A DNA stretch of 62,962 nucleotides, counting the filler, from Thraustochytrium aureum (lineage: Eukaryota), in NCBI GenBank assembly GCA_012862495.1. It is 7 parts of 5 records of this genome, joined end to end, with 100 filler letters (N's around TTAATTAATTAA, not from the genome) between each part and the next. Parts side by side here need not be neighbours in the genome. Positions count along the whole stretch, not along the records: positions 55,071 to 61,550 come from BLSG01000164.1; positions 61,651 to 62,962 come from BLSG01000176.1; 5 more parts are not named here. One strand, given 5' to 3'. Positions within the stretch are counted from its first letter, which is position 1. Every line of letters starts with the position of its first letter. This document shows, in pieces, positions 56,169-62,962 of the stretch. The notes beneath the pieces are model-generated. The model was not told where the DNA came from. It worked only from the letters and a program-made list of their open reading frames with translations, and searched no databases. Both the position numbers and the translations under genes were made by a program.

Positions 56169-57419
56169 CCCCGCCAAACCCCAGCGAGCTCGGCAACTCT
56201 CCCCGCTCCCCCCGCTCCTGCTGGCGGTGCTTGCGCCAAGCCGCCGGTGCGCTGCTCTGGTGGGGAGCGTTGACTGGGCGGACTGGAGGGGATGGCGGCG
56301 CTCGAGTTTGGTTGACCCAAGGAGGCCGGCCGCCCGCCGCTGACTCGGCGTGCTGGCGGGCCGGGACAAGGCGCACTAGCGTCGAGACAGCGCGGATGCG
56401 GATGGAGGGTCGGCATGTTCAGGCTGGATAGTGTTCTGGTTGNNNNNNNNNNNNNNNNNNNNNNNNNNNNNNNNNNNNNNNNNNNNNNNNNNNNNNNNNN
56501 NNNNNNNNNNNNNNNNNNNNNNNNNNNNNNNNNNNNNNNNNNNNNNNNNNNNNNNNNNNNNNNNNNNNNNNNNNNNNNNNNNNNNNNNNNNNNNNNNNNN
56601 NNNNNNNNNNNNNNNNNNNNNNNNNNNNNNNNNNNNNNNNNNNNNNNNNNNNNNNNNNNNNNNNNNNNNNNNNNNNNNNNNNNNNNNNNNNNNNNNNNNN
56701 NNNNNNNNNNNNNNNNNNNNNNNNNNNNNNNNNNNNNNNNNNNNNNNNNNNNNNNNNNNNNNNNNNNNNNNNNNNNNNNNNNNNNNNNNNNNNNNNNNNN
56801 NNNNNNNNNNNNNNNNNNNNNNNNNNNNNNNNNNNNNNNNNNNNNNNNNNNNNNNNNNNNNNNNNNNNNNNNNNNNNNNNNNNNNNNNNNNNNNNNNNNN
56901 NNNNNNNNNNNNNNNNNNNNNNNNNNNNNNNNNNNNNNNNNNNNNNNNNNNNNNNNNNNNNNNNNNNNNNNNNNNNNNNNNNNNNNNNNNNNNNNNNNNN
57001 NNNNNNNNNNNNNNNNNNNNNNNNNNNNNNNNNNNNNNNNNNNNNNNNNNNNNNNNNNNNNNNNNNNNNNNNNNNNNNNNNNNNNNNNNNNNNNNNNNNN
57101 NNNNNNNNNNNNNNNNNNNNNNNNNNNNNNNNNNNNNNNNNNNNNNNNNNNNNNNNNNNNNNNNNNNNNNNNNNNNNNNNNNNNNNNNNNNNNNNNNNNN
57201 NNNNNNNNNNNNNNNNNNNNNNNNNNNNNNNNNNNNNNNNNNNNNNNNNNNNNNNNNNNNNNNNNNNNNNNNNNNNNNNNNNNNNNNNNNNNNNNNNNNN
57301 NNNNNNNNNNNNNNNNNNNNNNNNNNNNNNNNNNNNNNNNNNNNNNNNNNNNNNNNNNNNNNNNNNNNNNNNNNNNNNNNNNNNNNNNNNNNNNNNNNNN
57401 NNNNNNNNNNNNNNNNNNN

Positions 57420-57915
57420 CCGGCTTGAAGGCCGGCCCGACGTTTTTGAGCTCGAGCGGCTCGCCGCAGGTGCCTGGAGCATATGGCAGGTTGCGAAACT
57501 CGCACGTGAACCGCTCCATGATGCCCGGTGGGAGTTCCTGCTGCAAAAACCCCAGCGCGCAGCTCTGGTGCGGAAACTCGTCCGTGTCCATGTATGCGGC
57601 GACGTTGGCGATCATAAAGGCGTCCTCGGGCGTCTCGCCAGTGAGCTGAGCGCACAGGACGGGAAACATGCTGTTCACCGGCTCAGAGTGGCAATCGGCT
57701 TCCACGGGCGAGAGGGGCGTCGTAGACTCCCAGCGAACGCTGTCCCACTCGGCGACATTGATGATTTCGTCAGCGCGCAAAAGGAGCGAGTCGTAAATAT
57801 CGGAGGGCAGCGTGATCTGGATCCGCGCTTGCTGAACGCATTGCGCGATGCTGGGCTGGAGGTGGACGGCCGCGGCAACGCTGGCAACCGCAATGGCTTG
57901 GTGAATCGCGACCAT
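57420..57915 (-). CDS. Hypothetical secreted protein (3' end in gap)
   Basis: Signal-like N-terminus MVAIHQAIAVASVAAAV, acidic Cys-containing body, open frame into the gap. Confidence 0.55.
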
Positions 57916-59220
57916 TTTGTGTTGGCTCTCGCTACGCCGGACGAGTCTATCGCGCAGGCGTAAAACGGGATGGTTCAATTCTGCCGCGCAGGATTTGATG
58001 CTTTGCTGTTTTGGGTCTGCCGACGGCGCCGTCAAGTACGCGACGGAAAGGTCGAGACTCGTTCGATCCGCGTATCGGGCCTTGTGCATCTAGCGAGCTT
58101 GCCAGGCCAGCCTCAACGCGAACACGACGGGCCGCATACGCCGTTATAGTCTCTTCCCCTTCCTCCCTCGGCGTCTGGCTCACCATTTCCCATTGCACTG
58201 AGGAGCGAGCACCGACTTGGCAACCGCGTGCTTGGCCTCGCCGGCACGCGCCGTATTGGCAAGAAAACGGGCCCGCGTCGCTCTCCGCGATGCTGCCCAG
58301 CGCCGAGCCCGTGGATCCTCCTCGTACCTGCCTTGCCAGGGGCTGTTCTCAAAGCCTCTTTTGTGGCCGCGCTGGCGAGATCGCCTGGGTGCAGAGCTCT
58401 CGATGCCGCAAACCATTGCGCAACTCGAAAGGTCTCTCCGGCGTCTCCAACGCTCTCCTGCGTCTTAACTGACACCTCCACAACACCATGCGCCGGGCAT
58501 TATACGCGTCGATGCGCATTAACAAAGGACTCGGCAGGTGTGTACTCGGCTCCTCGTGCTCTCGTGCCTTGTGGACTACTTTGTACCGGCAGAGCAGTAC
58601 TGTACGTCCTCGAGCTGCGTGGCGGGGCGAGGGCAGTCGCAACGCCGAGAAGAGGGCTCTCGATGCTGAGGAAGCGTCGGCGGGACTCGGTTTCCAGTGA
58701 GCAAGGCGGCTTGGGCTTCCCGTCTTCGTTCTTTCCTTGTAACTTGTGCTGCTTCCTCCTCTGCACGAGTTTTGCCTCGCGTGTCCCAGCGTGCGTCCCT
58801 GGTGCCGGTGCCAGTGCGACCCTGAGGAAGGCAGCACGGAGCGGACGCTGGCGACAGCGTCCGATGAACTTTACTGAGGCGAGGCTGGTCTCTGCTCAGG
58901 GTCTGCTTCTCTTGCGAGGATCGATGGGTGCCAGTAGGTGGATGGATCGACGGATCGATGGATGCCAGTGGATGGATGATTTCGCGCTCGTTCAACGATG
59001 TCATGGCTGCAGCCGCGAGCCGGGAAAGGGGTGAGAGCAGGACAAGCCGCTTGACGCAGAAGATTGGCCTCCAAGTTGGCGGCAAGGACCAGATCGACTC
59101 GGAGCGCGAGACGAAGCAAAGCAGACCGACCGAACGAACATCAGAATTTGCGCGAGGCGCTCGCCCATTTGGCTGATCGCTCCAACAAACGCGCGCTCAT
59201 CGGGAGCATCGACCGTAGAG

Positions 59221-59309
59221 GATCCTCCTTGGCCCACGCAACGCAACTCGCGACGTCTTGGTGATCCTCCTTGGCCCACGCAACGCAACTCGCGACGTCT
59301 TGGTGATCC
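59221..59309 (+). repeat. Perfect 42-bp tandem duplication upstream of the lysozyme gene
   Basis: gatcctccttggcccacgcaacgcaactcgcgacgtcttggt x2 followed by gatcc. Confidence 0.95.
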
Positions 59310-59561
59310 AAAAACGCGACAGATTCGTTTCTGGCGCGCGATTGCGTGGGAGAATTGTGGCTCACACACGAGCGGCTTCTTGGCGCGTGGCGTTCAGTCA
59401 TGCGCCATTGGTTGAACCGAGAGCTGTCAAAATCTATTGCTTGCCATCCGCAGACGAAGCAAGCCCAGCATTTCCTCCAGAGACAGGGTCAACGGGACGT
59501 CGACGGTGCGCCCAAACAGGGCAGCATCTGCAAGCGGAGCTGCGCAGAGCCGAGCCACGCG

Positions 59562-61130
59562 ATGGGGCGCAAGCCACGCCTGGCCGCTGCCGTCGCGGCA
59601 TTGGTGCTGGGGTCTGCCTTCGCGCAAACGTGCCCGAAGCGCCCCCCCGACGAACTCGTGGCAAGCCCGAGCGGGGTCGACCTGGTCAAGCACTTTGAAG
59701 GGTGGTTCCCACAGTGCTACACCGACCCGGACGGGGTTTGGGCTGTCGGGTACGGGCATGCCTGCGACATAAACGCGAATGACGGGTCTGGCTGCCTGCT
59801 TGGTAACGCCTGCAACGAATCAGCGACGCTGTCTGAGGTTCAGGGCGACGTGATCCTCCAGAACGATCTCAACATTCTGGTAGCCTGCGTGCAAAACGCC
59901 GTCAAAGAACCCGTGACGCAAAACCAGTTCGACGCCCTTGTCAGCTTGTCGTTCGACATTGGTTGCGCCAAGTTCAGAACGACGACACTCCTGAGCAAGC
60001 TCAACGCAGGCGCGTTGACGAACAAGGCGGCACAAGCAGAGTTCACAAAATTGGCTGTGAAAGACGACAAATGCCTTTCGGGCCTGCAGCGCCGCCGCTT
60101 CATGGAGGCAGAGCTTTTCAACTCGTGCACGGCGCCCGGGAGCTTTGAGTGCAACCAGCGCTCGTGCTCGAGGTCGCTCCAATTCCTCGAGTGCCAAACC
60201 AACTGCGCCTACTGCTCCGACAGTAGGTGCCTCGGGTGCACTGGGACGAGCGCCGATGCGACAGAGGCTGGGACAGTTGAAACACCTGAGCCGACGCTGC
60301 CACCCACGCCCCGTCCCACGCCCCCGCCCACGCTGCCTTCAGAGTGCCCCACACAGGAGAGGGTCTGGGCAGAGTTTGAGGGCACATCTTCGCTCGAGCT
60401 CCTTTTAGCGATCCGCAAGCGGATCGGCAACGTTGGGGCATCGCTGGACATTCGTCGGGGCCATGCGTACATCGAGCGCGTTGTGGTTAGCGCCGAAATG
60501 CCGTCGCCTTTGCTGATCCTGCACTCGGGCGCGCCAGTGCTTGTTGTTGCTTCGCAAGTCGACCCGGAGGCTGTCGAGAAAGCTGCATGGGTCCAGTTCC
60601 TGCTTGACCAAACCGACCTCGAGGAGCCGCAAACGCCAGGGGGGGCTGTGACGCCGCCCACCACCGAGCCTCGCGCGAACGATGAGGGGAGGACCGACGC
60701 TTTGTCGCCTGTGCTCGGCTCATTGGCTGGCCTTGCTTTTGTTGGCGCGGCTCTCTATGTGTTGCACAGGCGGCGTGAACGCCAGAGGGAGGCAGAGGTG
60801 ATAACCATATCGTTTGTCGGCTCGCCGTCAAGCCCCAAATCAAAGGGCTCGGCCTCGATGTCAACAACAAACGGCGAGCCCTACGCCTCAACAAAGAGCA
60901 ACTTGGCGCTTGCCTCAAGCTCGCAAAATGTCGAGGCGCCTGCCGAGTCCTCCATGAGCGGCCTTGCTCCTGCCTCAACGCCGACAAGAGGGTTGGGCTC
61001 ATTCTCAACGAGGTGGGGCTCGACATCAACGGGTTGGGACTCGGCGTGGTTTGTCATGAAGGGGCGCAAAAACACGCACGTTTCGCGCTATCAGAGTGGG
61101 GGCAATGGCGACTATGACAACTACTTGTAG
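59562..61130 (+). CDS. Type I membrane protein with an extracellular phage-type (GH24) lysozyme domain, 522 aa
   Basis: Signal peptide; GVDLVKHFEG..CYTDPDGVWAVGYGH, TQNQFDALVSLSFDIG, TLLSKLNAG, LSGLQRRR.MEAELF; Cys-rich segment, PT linker, TM segment VLGSLAGLAFVGAALYVL, RRRER stop-transfer, Ser-rich tail. Confidence 0.92.
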   Translation: MGRKPRLAAAVAALVLGSAFAQTCPKRPPDELVASPSGVDLVKHFEGWFPQCYTDPDGVWAVGYGHACDINANDGSGCLLGNACNESATLSEVQGDVILQNDLNILVACVQNAVKEPVTQNQFDALVSLSFDIGCAKFRTTTLLSKLNAGALTNKAAQAEFTKLAVKDDKCLSGLQRRRFMEAELFNSCTAPGSFECNQRSCSRSLQFLECQTNCAYCSDSRCLGCTGTSADATEAGTVETPEPTLPPTPRPTPPPTLPSECPTQERVWAEFEGTSSLELLLAIRKRIGNVGASLDIRRGHAYIERVVVSAEMPSPLLILHSGAPVLVVASQVDPEAVEKAAWVQFLLDQTDLEEPQTPGGAVTPPTTEPRANDEGRTDALSPVLGSLAGLAFVGAALYVLHRRRERQREAEVITISFVGSPSSPKSKGSASMSTTNGEPYASTKSNLALASSSQNVEAPAESSMSGLAPASTPTRGLGSFSTRWGSTSTGWDSAWFVMKGRKNTHVSRYQSGGNGDYDNYL

Positions 61131-61550
61131 CAGCCGATTCTGGCGCGCGCTGGCGCTGGTCGTCACTTCTGAAATCATCGGGAAGAGTTCTCGAGTAGAG
61201 TTGATCATATCACGTCCGATGGTTTTGACGTACTCCATTTGGGCGGGGTTGTTACTCTACGCGACGCTAAAAGACGGGAGGTGCATGTTTTTTATTTGAA
61301 TGATTCTCAACATGGCAGGCGCGTTTCGCACGGGGCCTTCCCCCAGAGTCTTGTGGTTTTCTCCACTGTCGGAGGGAAATCCATCATTCGTCAGGCTCTT
61401 CGCCATCTTCATGCTTTTGATTGTGCGTCCGGTTCCTTCGGGACCGGTTCGGGGTCCCTTCATCACGCGGCTTCTATCGCAACGAGGCAAGACTACCGGG
61501 AATAGTTATAATGTAGTGTACCCCATTCACTCAAGTGTACCAAGTCTTGG

Positions 61551-61650
61551 NNNNNNNNNNNNNNNNNNNNNNNNNNNNNNNNNNNNNNNNNNNNTTAATT
61601 AATTAANNNNNNNNNNNNNNNNNNNNNNNNNNNNNNNNNNNNNNNNNNNN
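61551..61650. other. Artificial scaffold linker
   Basis: N44-TTAATTAATTAA-N44. Confidence 0.97.
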
Positions 61651-61651
61651 C

Positions 61652-62962
61652 ACCACCCAGTGCTGGAGCGCCCCCCCAGGCGACGAGGTCGACTCTGAGG
61701 AGGACGAGGGCGGGGACGACGCAGCCACAACCATCACGGCGATGCATCATACTGCGGCGCTTCTGGCGGGCGGTGGGGCGGAGCTCGCGCGGCGGAAACG
61801 CGCCAGAGACGTGGAAGGCGATGCGCGGAGGTTTAGGCTCGTCGTCGCCAACGCGCTGGCGTCCCTCGACGACGAGTTGCAGGCACACCTTCTTTTCAGC
61901 ATGCTGCACGCAGACCTGGGCATGATCGAGCGCTACCTGAACAGCGCCGTGCCGCGCCTCAACCTCGAGCCGCGACCCGCGTTCCGGTGGATTCGTTCCG
62001 TCGGCCAGCTCCGCCGGCTTCTCGACCTTCCACTTCCCGAACCGCCGCAAACCTTGCATCGCTTCCGCCTTGTGGACGCGGCTGCGGGGCGCACACTTGG
62101 TGCTTCGGACACCGCCGCACTGGAGGCTGCATCCGAACAGGTGCTGGCCGGAGCTATCCCAAGTCCCAGCGCCCTCTCGAAAGCTCTCCTCAGCCGCGGG
62201 GCGCAGCACGCGAGCCCGCTCGTGGTCGCGTTCACCCTCGATGTCGTGATGCTTATCCTTGACCGGGTCGAGCGCGCGATTGGCGCGGCGCTTGCGATCG
62301 TGAAGGGCGCAGCAGAAGCGACGCGACTTCGCAATCAGCTGCGAAACAAGGTCGCGCAGCGCCTGCCCTCGAGCAGCGTGCTCGTTGCCCTCCTCGCCGG
62401 GACCCGCCCAGAGCAGCGCTCGGATGTCGAGCACAACTGGGTTCGCTTGCGCGCTGCTCGCGCCCTTCTCAGCTTCGCCCGCGTCGTGCCCGGAAGCCTC
62501 GTCGGCAACCTCGACCTGGGCAAGCTCCTGGCCTCCCAGCCGGCGCCCAGCCCGGCAGACGCCGACATCGTGCAGCTCATGACGACCGTCTCGCTTCTCC
62601 AAATGATCCCGATGCTGCCCCTGCAGCAGCACCGATGGGCCTCCGTTCCGACGCTGAAAACGGTTCTAACCGCTCGAGCCGCAGTCGCCTGCCGCGCGCT
62701 TGTTACGGGCGACTCGGCGTCGCAGCAGGCACTGGACCGCACGCTGGTGTCGACCCTTCTCGCGCTTCTTGCCCTGGACCCCGAGCAAAGTGAGAACACT
62801 GTCCATGCGCAAGCGTGGGTGCACGAATTGCGCACGCCTGAAGACGCGTCTACTCTTGCTCCGATCCTCGCCGCCGCAATGCAAAGCACGGCCTCTGTGA
62901 CTGCCCAAGTGCTCCTGGACGAGGCGATTGCGAAGGAAACGGACAACGCGGCTTTTGTGTTT
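61652..62962 (+). CDS. URB1/Npa1 (nucleolar pre-ribosome-associated protein 1)-like fragment, partial at both ends; absent from the ORF track because it has no stop
   Basis: Hand translation: DDELQAHLLFSML..IERYL..NLEPRPAFRW..LLDLPLP..IPSPSALSKALLSRGAQHASPLVV..RNKVAQRLPS, matching the Npa1 N-terminal pattern as I recall it. Confidence 0.6.

Noticed and set aside
52588..61130. M6 protease, YccF and GH24 lysozyme as a bacterial island or contaminant contig
   Set aside because: M6 lies on a different scaffold from the other two. The genes have eukaryotic signal/stalk/TM architectures, long intergenic spacers and no operon structure.
61300..61550. Possible structured ncRNA (cUUCGg hairpin near 61429-61447; fragments resembling RNase P/MRP conserved regions)
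   Set aside because: The motif fragments are incomplete or in the wrong order. An Infernal/Rfam scan would be needed to support a call.

Overview
This is eukaryotic, GC-rich, intron-poor genomic DNA from a draft assembly. The beta-tubulin signature, gene content and compact layout suggest a stramenopile protist, plausibly a thraustochytrid/labyrinthulomycete (inference). The window is a concatenation of seven scaffolds joined by artificial N44-TTAATTAATTAA-N44 linkers (near 30.9, 36.7, 43.5, 49.3, 55.0 and 61.6 kb), so adjacency across those points has no biological meaning. It has many internal N gaps and single-base frameshifts, mostly at short homopolymers, which look like sequencing errors. 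About 25 protein-coding genes are supportable: GH38 alpha-mannosidase-like, histone H1, BCKDH E1-beta, TBCCD1, a proline-rich CCDC53-repeat/WH2-like protein, a TKL kinase, an M14 carboxypeptidase, WrbA-type quinone reductase, a possible Rrn7/TAF1B, NECAP, NNF1/PMF1, a Cys-rich orphan, a polycystin channel, GSK3, a hevein-like repeat protein, an ATP-grasp ligase, a VWA protein, beta-tubulin, an SLC45 transporter, a PRPP synthetase-like protein, an M6 metalloprotease, a YccF-like protein, a GH24 lysozyme and URB1/Npa1. No tRNA, rRNA, CRISPR array or intact mobile element was recognised. The strongest leads are: (1) a membrane-anchored phage-type GH24 lysozyme with a receptor-like architecture; (2) two apparent pseudoenzymes, a GH38 lacking its nucleophile and a PRPS with a disrupted, expanded catalytic loop; (3) a formin-less actin-regulator-like protein with four CCDC53-type repeats; (4) a perfect 29-bp intergenic hairpin; (5) a recurrent TAGAG/CTCTA palindromic motif at gene boundaries.
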